Shown piece by piece: positions 37,501-50,615 of a stretch of 64,000 bases of DNA. The translations under genes were made by a program, and so were the position numbers. The notes beneath the pieces were generated by a model. The model saw only the letters and a list, made by a program, of their open reading frames with translations. It was not told the DNA's origin and ran no database searches. The DNA comes from Lingula anatina (taxonomy: Eukaryota > Animalia > Brachiopoda), in the NCBI GenBank assembly GCA_051362555.1, contig CM120640.1:31887967-31951966 (forward strand), in the 5' to 3' direction. Position 1 is the first letter of the stretch. Each line of letters opens with the position of its first letter.

Positions 37501-39877
37501 TAACCCCACGCCTCCAGCAGCAGGGCATTTTTTTCAGATGAGGGGTGGGGAGAGAAAACGCTCACTTTATCAATATGGTACCAGGTATATCAATATATTA
37601 TATATCTTTAAGGAGGCAAGGGATGGTGCAATCAATTTCTGCTGGAGTCAAACATTCATGACAGTTAGTCGTGGATCATCGATAATGGGTCAAAGGTCAA
37701 ATTTGATAAAATTTTTCACATAGATAACAGATGGATACGTTTAAGGCAGTATGCAATTTTTATAACATAAAAATTTAGTTTTTTTTTCTTTTAGTTCTTT
37801 AGTAACAAATGGCCGACAAGGCTCCATTATAACAAACTGTGGCGAATGGTTTCTGTGTAAAAATATGAAAATATAGTCCTTTGATTTTTTTTTAATTATC
37901 AATATATGATTGGCAAAAAGTATCGAGCGCGTTAGTGTAATCTTTTTAATCTTTTCAGTATATATTAATACTGTCTAAAATGAAACGCTGCATGATGCAG
38001 AAAAAAAATAATAAAATGCTGTCCACTCACCTCAGTTAACGTATGCGTTTTGCTGTTAGATGATATAGTCGTCCTCGGGGAAGACGAAATGCTTGGTGTA
38101 GATGACATGGAGCCGACTTCAACGGCAGAACTGCCCATCTGTATTGAAAATGAATTATTTCAGCTACAAAACACGATCTTTTTTTTTTAACTCCACAAAG
38201 GGCAAGCATAAACCAGGCGTGCTGGCTATTATTTACTTAGTGCGACTTGATTGGGCCTCTGACCTCGGTAATATTTTTAAAAATAGTCATTAAAATAGTT
38301 ATAGGACATACTGTATCCGGAGAATTGAGAAAAAGAATAGACAAAAAATACATTGTGAGCTTTACTCGTAACGAATTGTGCAGTCATGATTTGTTGCGCC
38401 CGCGCGCGCGCGCGCGCGTGTGAGTGGTTGCTAGACCACAAGCATGTGAGCGTATTTTTGACGAAAAAATAGTTGTTCAAAATAAAGATACCCGGTAAAC
38501 TGCACTTCTGCTATTTGGACCACATGAAAATTAGAAAAGCAATAGCAACAGATTGTATTAGAGTGCGTTCTTGGATTGATAATTGTTCTAAGTAACATCT
38601 TACGACATACAATATTATGATCAAATGTGTCAGTCTGTGTAATGCCTTTAAAACATAAATATGACCTAGAAATATAGAATGGTTGAAAATAGACTTCAGA
38701 ACTACTGTATTACTTATACAAATTTATAAATTTTGGACAAACACGTAGACTTATGACTGCCCGGCCATGAGCTGCCTAGCGGTTTCAAGTTGCGGACCTT
38801 CAAGACCATACGATTTCGCCTTGTGTAATTTCTGTAAAAAAAAATGTCGCTAGAACTTACTCTTCGTCTCTCTATTATCTATCTTATCTACCTGTAACCT
38901 TGATGCAAATTTTTATCACTGCATTCTAAGTAGCGCGATTCCTAGAAAAACATTAAAAAAGTGAAAACCTGACAAGACACAAATGATTTTCGAGGTTGGA
39001 AACTTCATAATGCCTTCTTTTTTACATTGTACCATGATCGGAAACGTTTTATTGGTCATTTTATGTATCTGTACTTCTATCGTAAAGGACAATGGGCGCG
39101 TCATTATCCTTTGCGATAGAAGTATTGTTTGGGTAGGCGTTTTGATTTAACGAATGCAAAAATATAACCGATAACTTGCCAAGTAAAAAGATGTTCTTAA
39201 AAACCCCTTTTGCAAGGTATAAATTGAGTTTCAACTTGATAATGAGATGGTCAGTTAGAAGTTGAATTGTCGATGAATAGTTTATTTTTCTTGAAACAAT
39301 ATTATAGGAAATAAAAAAGTAAATGGTTTAAAAAGTAACGAGCATTAGAAAATTACTATTTCTTTTCAATACTGTTTAATTCATTTAGACAATTGAGTAA
39401 GAAGTATCAGAATAAAACGGGCCCGTAGCCAGCAATTTCAAAAGGGGGGGTTCTTTTTCTGAAAAAGTGGACCTTTTACCATGAAACCTTCATGTACCTA
39501 GATAAAATTTTACCCAGCAAAAGGGGGGTTCTTTCGAACCCCCCGAATCCCCCCTGGCTACGGGCCTGATAAAAAGTTATAGGCCTAGTCTGTTAATAAG
39601 GGTAACTTTCTAAGGCCAGCGTTGACCCCCAATGTTGAATTCGATATTGTGTTACTTGCTGAGCCAACCAGGCCCTAATATAATTTCATTCTCCGGTTTA
39701 TAATGTTGTGTTTTATACATAAATACCTACTCTTGTTGAGCTGTTTAGTTTCTTCTTGGATTCACCGCTATTTTTTGCAACGGAATCATCTTCACTGCCA
39801 GGCTTTTTCCGCAAGAGCTCGATCAGTAACTCGTTTCCAGAATGGGGAAACCGAGTCGTCTTGAAGTCCGATGGCAT
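31522..39877 (-). CDS. Gene B: 488-aa paralog of gene A; exons 39877-39731, 38138-38031, 35329-35158, 34228-33995, 32501-32292, 32117-31522
   Basis: Consistent GT-AG phases 0/0/1/1/1 over 1467 nt. Contains MPSDFK...NELLIELLRKK, LTPAQKQLHQQLLQKHRYLREIMSKQQEQFELVAKQLQWV, a polyQ exon, and a last exon clearly homologous to 19799-20401. Confidence 0.8.
32640..32885 (-). mobile_element. MITE-like repeat with CAGTGGCGGATTTAG end; same family as 16497
   Basis: Shared core sequence in inverted orientation. Confidence 0.7.
39418..39568. mobile_element. Small MITE with TIR GGCCCGTAGCCAG / CTGGCTACGGGCC
   Basis: Terminal inverted repeats and G/C-run subterminal motifs; TSD unclear. Confidence 0.7.
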
Positions 39878-40349
39878 TTTGTGTCTGGTTATCGGCGATT
39901 TCCAGCCCAACTACCCGGGTTCAGCGTGGTATACTAGTAAGTTCCTCTTTGAATGACGCAGCAAACAATGAGAGTTCCGTATCGCTATGTAAACACAGAC
40001 CACACTACAAAGACCTGAAAGACTAAAAAGAAATGTACACCAAGGCAAACCTCTCGATATCATTGGACAAAAAGACTTTTAATGTAATTGAAATTAGAAA
40101 TATGTTAGCCTAGGACGCCAAGTGAAAAGAAAGCTTTGGTTGTAGTAAGCCAATAAGACACACGTGTGCAAGATGAAGGTTAACTTGACGTGGCAAAGTT
40201 GAACTTGACTTGTTAGAGGAGTATGCAGGCAAAAGATAGCATGACCTGGAATGCATTTGCCCTCTTTCTGGTAAAGAAAACATACACGTACGAGTGCGGT
40301 TAAAAGTGATTGGTCGAGCACCTCATCCGCTTAGATAACGCAGAAAAAA

Positions 40350-41612
40350 GGGGAGACCGGGGCTAGTTGGCCCAGTTAGACACTTTTGGCCTTGTAGAGC
40401 CAACTAGGAATGGGTTAGAGTAACAAAACCAGTTTCAAAGTAAGCCCCATGAACTAAGCTACGTATGCAACGTCATTATTTTTCAAATATAATGCCAGAT
40501 GGCTCACAATTTGACAAAAAACGCAGTTGACGTCAAGGGGGCCAACTTGTCCCGCCACGGGGCAAGTTGGCCCCAGGGTCGGGGCAAGTTGGCCCCCCAT
40601 ATACGAAAATGAGGTATATGTACCATGTAAACGCATTTAAATACATTTTTATACATTTGTAATTGATTAAATTGATTTTTGAGTGTCTTTGATGAATAAA
40701 TAGTTCAAATGAGGCAGATTTAGTGAGGTTTCCGTACGTCACGTTGTGTGTGTGTGTGTGTGGGGGGGGGGGGTATGTAGGCCTATCTATCAATAAAATA
40801 TCTATCAATAAAATTTGTTTTGTTTTAATTAAGAATAAATTAATAATGGTATAAAGCAGGTTTTTAATGAATGAAAACGAATAATAAATTTTCGTTTTAA
40901 AAGAAAGTAACAAATTCAGTTTTAAACCATTGAGTTTGTTTCAAAAATGGTCTCTAGCTAGGGAGGGGTGGAAATCCCCTTACAATGAATTAAGGCAAAA
41001 TAAATGTTTTTCTAAGGAAAGTCCAATGGATTTGCTTTTTAATACATACAATCAACAGAACAATTTTAATATAAATTTTCGAAAAGACACCAGAGGGCAA
41101 ATCAAGCAAAATCAATCAGACGGTAAACACCTGCAAGCTTTGTCAATTTCACCAAATTGTTTATTTCAAGCAGCGTTGCGCGCAAAGGATTGTGGGTAAT
41201 ATGAGGGTCCAACTTGCCCCGAGTCAAGGGGGCCAACAAGCCCCGGGTGTACATTATTTATTTTAAAGGATGGCAGCCATTTATGGTGCAAGAATGAGCA
41301 ACGATGATACATTTATGTGCAACTTGAAACAATGAGCTTCAGTTTGATACCCTATACATATCTTATATTTGATCAAAAGCCTATAAAAATATATTTTTAA
41401 ATCTCTTAAACAAAATTACTTCTAGGTGCAAAAATAGTTTATTTGGACTCACCGCTTAAATAAAACTTTTTAACGTCCGACACTTCCTTAGCATTGTAGG
41501 CTACGGTCACTTTAAAAGAGTATGTGGCCAATTTTTTTTACCTCGTAGTTACTTTTTCATAAATTGACGGGGGGCCAACTTACCCCGGGGTCCAACTAGC
41601 CCCGGTCTCCCC
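40350..41612. mobile_element. 1263-bp non-autonomous DNA transposon with 21-bp TIR GGGGAGACCGGGGCTAGTTGG and 2-bp AA TSD
   Basis: Perfect TIRs; internal GGGGCAAGTTGG / CCAACTTGCCCC repeats; the empty site is visible at ~42704-42720. Confidence 0.92.
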
Positions 41613-41693
41613 AATATTGTTATGTGATGAGATAATGTTGTCGCCTCAAAATTATATCGGGGTGAATATGCTGATTCGAGCTGATGACGTAAC

Positions 41694-41736
<43 letters not shown>

Positions 41737-42218
41737 GGTGAGAACTGTAATTACGATTCCAAACAGATTGTATTTTTAATGATAGGACCACAAACATTTT
41801 AGTTCATGATTTCATTTATTACCAATACGACGTGTAGCGTCTAGCAATAAAATATGTTATAACAACACTGAGGCACGACATCACTTTTATAACGCCCAGC
41901 GCGTATTACTGCCAAAAAGTCTGTACAAGACAGAAAAAAAGATGGATCCGATGAACACCTTGCCCCATTATCTAACTCTGGTTCAGACAGACATAATGTC
42001 GTTTGTCGGTAAAGAAGAATGTATTGGGTTACTGCATTCTAGTTTTGCTTCAAATGTATCTCATTTTTTACGTAATAAGAGGAAGAAGAAATAGTTGACA
42101 GGACAGGTGTTTGACATGCACGCTGACTATACACACGCATACAAAGTCGACTGAATGCGTTGTCGGTGGTTTCCTAACCAGGGCCCTGTTTCACAATAGA
42201 AATTTAGCCCTAAAATAG

Positions 42219-43181
42219 AGAATGGGGAAACCGAGTCGTCTTAAAGTCCGATGGCATTTTGTGTCTGGTTATCGGTGATTTTCCAGCCCAACTACCCGAT
42301 TACAGTGTAATATCTTTGAATGACGCAACAAACAATGAGAGCTCCGTATCGCTATGTGAACACCGACCACACTACAAAGACCTGAAAGACTAAAAAGAAA
42401 TGTACTCCAAGGCAAACCTCTCGATGTCATTGGACAAAAAGACTTTTTATGTAATTGAAATTAGAAATTTGTTAGCCTAGGGTGCAAGTGAAAAAAAAGC
42501 TTTGGTTGTAGTAAGCAAATAAGACACACGTGTGCAGGATGAAGGTTAACTTGACGTCGCAAAGTTGAACTTGACTTGTTACATGAGTACGCAGGCAAAA
42601 GACTGCACGACCTGGAATGCATTTGCCCTCCTGGTAAAGAGAAAATACACGTACGAGCGCGGTTAATAGTGATCTGTCGATCACCTCATCCGCTTAGATA
42701 ACGCAGAAAAAATATTGTTATGTGATGAGATAACGTTGTCGCCTCAAAATTATATCGGGGTGAATATGCTGATTCGAGCTGATGACGTAACGGGGTCGTT
42801 TTTTTTTTTTTTTTATTTTATTTTATTTTTTTTTTTGCGGTGAGAACTGTTATTACGATTCCAAACAGATTGTATTTTTAATGATAGGACCACAAACATT
42901 TTAGTTCATGATTTCATTTATTACCAATACGACGTGTAGCGTCTAGCAATAAAATATGTTATAACAACACTGAGGCACGACATCACTTTTATAACGCTCA
43001 GCGCGTGTTACTGCCAAAAAGTCTGTACAAGACAGAAAATAGATGGATCCGATGAACACCTTGCCCCATTATCTAACTCTGGTTCAGACAGATATAATGT
43101 CGTTTGTCGGTAAAGAAGAATGTATTGGGTTACTGCATTCTAGTTTTGCTTCAAATGTATCTCATTTTTTTTTACGTAATA
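42219..43181. repeat. Direct segmental duplication of the gene B upstream region and first 13 codons (copy of 39840-40349 joined to 41613-42078)
   Basis: High colinear identity, uninterrupted by the 1263-bp transposon. Confidence 0.92.
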
Positions 43182-43247
43182 AGGCCACACTTTTTTATTT
43201 TTATGGATGACATCCTCTGGGTACCCCAAAATCGGTGCGAGAGGGCG

Positions 43248-43280
<33 letters not shown>

Positions 43281-46200
43281 AGTCCAAAAAAAAAAATACT
43301 GCTTAAGTAAAGGAATGCTGTCAGTACACAGCTGGAAACACAAATTTTACCACAGAAACACGTATCAAACTAACAATATGTCTTTATCCATGCTCTCAAA
43401 ATAGTAAAGCATTGTGAATACTTCGTAGAAATGTAAAAAAAAAGTCATGAAGAGATATACTTCTTATTACAAAGTCTATTAAGGTTATTTCATGCATTTT
43501 GTTGGTATAGCAATCAATAAAACAAATATCAAACAAACAGTGTGTCTTTATTTGTATTCTCAGAATATTAAAGCATTTTGAACACTTCACAAATGTTTAA
43601 AAATTGATGCAAAGATATGCTTAATACTACCAAATCTATTAAAGGTCATTTCGGACGATTTTGTCTACTTCGTCTCACACGGCCAAACTGTCAGGTGGCC
43701 TGTCTGACCTTCAGCCCACCAAATACCTCGACGCCCTTGTCGACCCTTTTTTCGCTACAGAAAACCTGGTAGCCTATGTGCTGCTTTGTACAGAATGTCA
43801 CTGAAATTTTTCGGGCCATAATCGCTGGCGGCCGCCAGCCTTTCGCACAATTGTAAAAAGGTGATATCTCCATGCCCAATATCAATGGCATACCAATCCA
43901 AAACGACGGCACCCGTTCTCTTTATGACTTTAATTGTCGTGTAATTTGAAAGTAATCCCAGAGATGAATTTGACGGCAAAGCGGCCACATTTCCACGTGG
44001 CGATAATACGCATGCGCAGAAAGCTCATTTCCTGGCAAATTCAGTAACGACGTTTGCAACAACCGACTTCGAACAGCTTTTTAATGCCACTTTTTCAAAG
44101 TTTTGGGTACGAGGGTTGCCATAGTTTTATTTTAAGACGTTGTTAATTGACAGGGTTCCCGCCAAGGGGCATTTATGATTTTATTTTCCGGGCACCTTCG
44201 GTACTAGTAGTTTGATTTATTGACCTTTCAGCGCTGTGTTGGAGTGCAATACGTCATTTATAACACCAACTGTTGCAATTCGATGCAACTCACTGTAAAT
44301 TAATTTAATCCATGTAAAAAACTGAAAATGCATTCTGTTTATAGTTAAAGGGATAATAACTGTTCATTTTAGCCAAAAAAAAAAAAAAATGGATTTTCTT
44401 GGGGTAAAGAACAATTTTCCCGTACTTACCAATGGTTAATGAATCCATTCCGACATTCAAAGTTAGTCCCTGTTATTATCATTATTATTTTTCTAAAGAG
44501 TTTGGCTTTTATTGAATGGTCCCTCTAGTTAAAGAAATGTTCAGTTTTCATATAGCATTAAATGTTGTTGAGTAATAAAAAATTACGTAATGTTACAGCA
44601 AAAATAATAAATATCCAAACAAATAGTGCACGTATTTTCATTTGTGGGGTTGCATTTCAACCTATTTTTATATCCCAATTTTATGACATTTTCCCTAAAT
44701 ATAATGTAAAAATTCTCTCTTTTCTTACTAAAAAACTCCCCAACTTAAAACTTACATTTTTGACTTTATCTTGACAATAGCAACACCGAGGAATATAGAA
44801 GTCTCTCTTTAGTTTACGTGGAAGTATATTAATTTTCTGTCTTTTTCCTCTGTTCATCAAGGAGTACTCCTTAAATAGACTCTGGTAAGACTCAACTGAG
44901 CCAATTTCCGCGAAAAATTTCCCACAACTATTTGTATATCATGGACACAGTTTTGATTAAGGGGTAGCTCCTCGACGGATCGCTTTCATCCTTTGGTTTA
45001 AGTATATTTTCCCGACAAAATTCCAAGTCTTGTATCGAAAGTAATTAACTAATCACAAGCAGTATCAACCTTCGCATGTGATGCCGTACGTCTAATCGAG
45101 TCGTTCCAAAATGATCCATTTTGCATTTTACCACTATTAAATCCTGCCCGAGGTTTTTGCGTCATATCTAATTATCGTCGCGAAAAAAGCAGTCTTCTAA
45201 CAATAGCCGTTGCTCAAGTCGTCCCTACACTTGAATTCGATGTTCTATGCAATTTCAAATTAAAAGACATTTAAGACTGCCATCGTCTTCCAGACATTTT
45301 AGATTGAAATATCGACAACAAGTACCTTAATTTGAGAGGTCCGCATTGAGAAAGAGAGAACTTTGCAGGATATTGAGGCCCTAGACGAAAATATGGCCAA
45401 GGGACATTTTCAAGTATACCTTTATTATCTGTCACAAAAGGAGATCAATGGCATGACTGCAATTTCCTCAAAACACGGTATTTATAGGATCTTAATAACA
45501 ATAGTGTCGTCACTGGGGGGTCTAATGCCTAACCAAAACTCCAACAGGTAACTTTCTTGACACCCGTAGATGAATGTGGAGACTTTCAGGTGAGCGATTG
45601 TGTGCACACCTGTTTAAAAGCGCGTTTTCTCGTTTTTTGAACCGTGTCTTATAAGATTTTGAGATCTCGGCTGGTTCACCAGCAGCTCAGTTTAACACTT
45701 AACATCCAATAATAGATTGAAATAAAGCTCTCGTGTTACGGAGTTTAAAATGTGGTTTTATTCTCGCCAACCGTCGTATATACATAATATACAGTTACCC
45801 AATGGGATATACGCTTCTGTAACACCACACACCTGGGAAGAGGTTCAGGGAGTGTGACCCTGGATCACAACCATTCCCCTTTGTGCAATGATCGTACATA
45901 ACATGCTCTGCTGCACGTGCATACAAGCTCCACTACAGACAGACACATACATTTTCCAGCTAGATATATATTTATAACAAGGCTCAAGTTTGAAAGCTAA
46001 AGTTTTGTTTTTCAGTTTCCAAAGTTAAACCTTAATATTCCAGTTCGCCTTTGTATACTATATTTGGATGCAGCATGGTTGTATATGAAACACATAAACA
46101 TTTAATAATTATAATAATGAATACAGTCATATGTATTATAGAGACAAAAGTGGTAGCAGCAGTAGCTTCATTGTGAAAATCAAGAGAAAGTAGAATATGG

Positions 46201-46672
46201 ACTTAACATACACTGAAAGAGCACACTGATTAAATTGCTGGGAAAAAATTAGGGTATTCTACTTGGGCAGCAAACAGTTTCAATGTGGCAAGTTTCAAAG
46301 TATTTCTGACCACAGCTCCTATTTTATCAGAAATGATTATATTGTCCATAAGGTGATAGAACAATGGGCTACAGATTTTGGGAACAATCGGCAGCCCCAA
46401 TCTGTCACTAAGACAAGGGTAAACTTGACGTCTAACCTTGGGTTCAGAAATGGTGCTGTTATACAAGTATATGGATTAAGGAGAGCCACTACTAACGTGA
46501 CTTAACTGAATAAAAAGGCAAATACCAAGCATTTTTTGTCTATTTAGTACCCTCACTTAAAGCTACTGGTTTTACTCAACTGTTAATACTATACATCACC
46601 ACCATTTTTCTAAGAATTTCAAGGCTGAAAATTAGGTCAGATTCATTATTCAGATCTTTAATGGGCAAACTG

Positions 46673-46703
<31 letters not shown>

Positions 46704-49552
46704 TCTCATTTAGTTTTTTTCCTATTTTTCTGTTTGCCCCTTTAGCTTACCTTTTGGGAAACCAAACAATATAACATTGAAGATAATTCAAAAGGATTGA
46801 ATAAATATCATTAACAGCATGCAGACAAAAAGGAAAAGAGTTATATATGTTCATCTCCAATTTTTCATTTTTGGGTAAAATTACATGCATATGAAAGTAA
46901 ACAATGACTTAAATTTACATCTCAATGTTTTTTCAGTATTTGAATGAGGAATTTCACTACTGGAATAAAATATGCTATAGCACAGTTCAGTATAAATATA
47001 AAGAATTTGCTGTAACCCTCTTATCTGCAAGCAGTATAGTTAGCTATATCTATTGTTATGATATGATTTTTTTCAGAGATTTCTTTCAATTTTAAATAAT
47101 AATATCACACAAAGCCAGCACCAGTTTGAAATTTTTCATTCATCTTTCAAAAACTAACTTAAAGAAAGAAGAGAGAACACTTCAACAACAGTACCCAATA
47201 TTAGTTTACTAGCATTGCCCATCATTTTCCGTCTTTCGATACTACCCTATCTGTGTGTTGTAGATATAAAACAGTCAGGTATATCCTTATCTGACAACAA
47301 GATCTGTTTGTCAATTAAAAGCTAACAGCTGGGTAAACAAATCTTCAGTTGGGAAGGGGTAATTCAGAAACTGAGTTTTCCATTTGCAATCATCTAATCA
47401 TCTCTCTCCATTATGGACTACACCTAGCAAGACATGCAGTCCTGTAAAATTGCACGTTACTGATTTGGTTGAACTGCAGCAAGAATGTCATCAGGTTCTG
47501 CTGTTCTTCTGGCTTGTTTCTTTTTATCTGCAGCAGTGTTCTTTATAATAAGGTTAATATATTTTATGGGTGGCCTTTTCATTAAGCTTTCCAGAGCGTC
47601 TGCAATGCTCCAGAGAGGCAATGTAGGTAGGACATGGTATTCCAGCTGATCAGGTTTGGCATTGCAACAGAATTGTCACCAGAACCAGCCACTTGCCTAA
47701 AAAGAACAAAAAAATTGCATTTAAAAAGGGGAACAGAAAAAAAATAAGATCAATCTTTTTAATGCAGTCGATATCACTACAACTAAAAATTACATCATGC
47801 ATTAAGAAGTAAATTACACACAGAAAGCACACTACAAATCCAAACCAGTTAGTGAAAAAAGGTTAAGTTTTCAGGACATTAGAGAGGTGAAGGAAACTGA
47901 CTCACATGTATGTACATAACCTAGCTGTACCTGTAAGACAGGTTTTACAGCCTAACATGTACAGGTATGCTATCTTTACCCCATTTAAAAAGTTACACAC
48001 TTTAACCTACATGCAAGAGAATGTGTCTTTTTATCGAATAGTTTCATCCAATGAAATCTTAAGAAAAAAGCACATGGAAACATGGAGCATATTGTGGTAA
48101 ATGCAGAAGTATTACTCACATCTCTAGAAGATGATCTGAAGAGAGACTGAGTGTTACACAGATTTGAAAAGTTAACAAATAATGTTTTTTTTTTTTTTTT
48201 GTTTCACAAAGCTGACATCCCATCTAGTTGCATCAATACACAGCAGATACTAGTAGCACAAAAAGGTGTGACATAATATACTAGAAGAAAAGAGAAATCC
48301 CACTTTACCCACACATGTACACTCAAGTTTCCTGAACCCCTCTAATACAAAATGGCAAGGGCATCAAAATGAAGGTGGTTCATTCAAGCAGAATTAGAAA
48401 AACCAAGCAGAAAGCTAGAAACTAGACAATAAGGCTGTCAAATATACAGACAAATAAATATTAAGATTCACCGCATTCCAGGTAAGAAAAATGCTTCCAT
48501 ATTATAATAAAATAAAATAATTAAATGTTGTTCTGAAATATTGCAGCAATTTGTACATTAACACAAGATATGGTTTTAGTGAAAAAGTGTGTATAAATAC
48601 ATTAAAAGGAGGGTTACCTGTTTACATAAGTGCATCAAAAAGATTGGCCATGTAAACAATTCTTTTTAAAATGTCCTTGCATAAAAAAATATTATCCTTT
48701 TAACCTGCATATTTAAAGGACCCTCAAATTCCTTCATATTGTTTATCTGGATAATGCAGAAATATCCAGAAAATACAAAAATTTATATTCTAAAAAACCT
48801 GTTGCATCCAGATTTATACACATTTTACCTGAATGTTTGACTGAACAAGTGGAAACATTTAAACAACTTAAACAAAAACATACTGCGACATGCTGATTTT
48901 GACCCAACTTTTCAAAAAAAAAAAAAAAAAAATCTTTAGTAAATTTGCAAAGAAACAAAAACATGTTCAGGCAGTTTCATGATTTGGATCATTACAAGAA
49001 AGGTGATGCCATAGCCAGGCAGAAGCCATCAATACTTGTACAGATAATAAGTGGGTCTGTATAACCACTCATACAAGGAAGTAGGGGCTATCATACACGT
49101 AAAACACACATCCCAAAATAAGTAACACACATCACATTTCTTTATGCTCAAGTGAACTTGTAGCTTGATGGATTTAGATAAAAAATATATTCAGTTGCAT
49201 TTGTGTAACATGTAACCAACAGACCCATGTTCTGAATGTAACTAAATTCTAGTTTAGAAAATAGAAAGAGCTGAAGATAAATTTCACATTGTACTCCATA
49301 CTTTTCCTTTGTGCAAAAAAGGAAGGAATGGCAATCTACACCAGTTTTGGGTTACTTACAGTGGTTGCTTAAGCTCTGTTGTAAACAGTATGCTACAGTG
49401 CTCTTGTTACAAATTCTCATGTAGGATTCTTTCTGTGAAAATCTAACATCTAAATGTTCTAGAAAGAAATGATCTTGCTTTGTTGGACAGGGTTACTAAC
49501 AGGGATTAGAACTATTGTTATTCTTTTTGTTCAAAAGCGAACAATGTACATT

Positions 49553-49677
49553 TATTGACTTTGGTTTGGCAAGGTTCGACCAGAAACTGGGCTAATTGAC
49601 CCACATTGAGGGCAGAGGTCAATTACCCCAGGTGAGGGTTGAACCTAGCCAAGGGGTGACCTCCCCAAAGTCAATAA
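49553..49677. repeat. Small palindromic element (TTATTGACTTTGG...CCAAAGTCAATAA)
   Basis: Terminal inverted repeat plus inner inverted segments. Confidence 0.6.
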
Positions 49678-50358
49678 CTAAGATTCAGATTCAGAGATTC
49701 AGAATAGCAAATTCTAAAAAAAAAACATAATATGCATGGATAGCCCCTCAGAAACAAAGATAGACATGCTAAGACATGTAGAGTGGACACATAACAAAAA
49801 AGCACAAACCATGCCCTACTAAATCAAACAGCATTAGTTCAGGTTACATTCAAGAAACCACATAGAACCAGTCAATACTATTATGAAGAAAATGAACCAC
49901 TCACATACAATTTAAACAACTAAAATTACTCATTTTAATTTTTTTTTATTTTTTTATTTTTTTTTTTGCAGGAAAGTTTTTTTTTTCTCCTATTCTAAAT
50001 TAGGCATATTTCACCACACTAGATATAACTGATGGTACATGGTAACAAGTATTACTTATGTTATTTCATATCAGAAAGGTTACAAAAGCTGTCCTTTATT
50101 CAAATTCTGCTGCTTCATATTTGATTTTTTTAAAAATTATTTTTGTTGAATATAATAATTATTTTGATAGAAAACAATAATTTTGTAAGATTTGCTCTGG
50201 GTTAACTGATACGCTTGTCAGAAAAGGAAGGGGCAGACATAAATTTCAGAAGATTAGTAATATTTTCACATTTAAACATTCTGTAATGCAAGCCAATGTA
50301 CAAGCAGCCATTGGTTCAAATATTACTTTCAAAACATCATTTGTTAACACTACACTTA

Positions 50359-50615
50359 GGCTGCGTTCACATGAAAAATCTATTTTCTAAAAATCTAAAA
50401 ATCTATTTGTGGTATCTTGTGATCACGGTCTGTGCCCTGAATACCCCACGGCGTAATTACGGGCAGCGCGAGCCATTTTCTCCCAAAGTTGTAATTAATT
50501 CTCGGCGCTGCCAGTAATTACGCTGCGGGGTATTCTGGGCACAGACCGTGATCACAAGATACCGCAAATAGATTTTTAGATTTTTAGAAAATAGATCTTT
50601 CATGTGAACGCAGCC
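50359..50615. mobile_element. PIF/Harbinger-type palindromic MITE, family 2, TSD TTA
   Basis: GGCTGCGTTCACATG...CATGTGAACGCAGCC near-perfect hairpin with TTA on both sides. Confidence 0.9.

Noticed and set aside
38755-38820. tRNA-like sequence
   Set aside because: Only a vague A-box resemblance; no cloverleaf or B-box.
47456-47696. Minus-strand exon-like segment after a strong acceptor
   Set aside because: No frame is both continuous from the acceptor and recognisable; likely UTR or non-coding.
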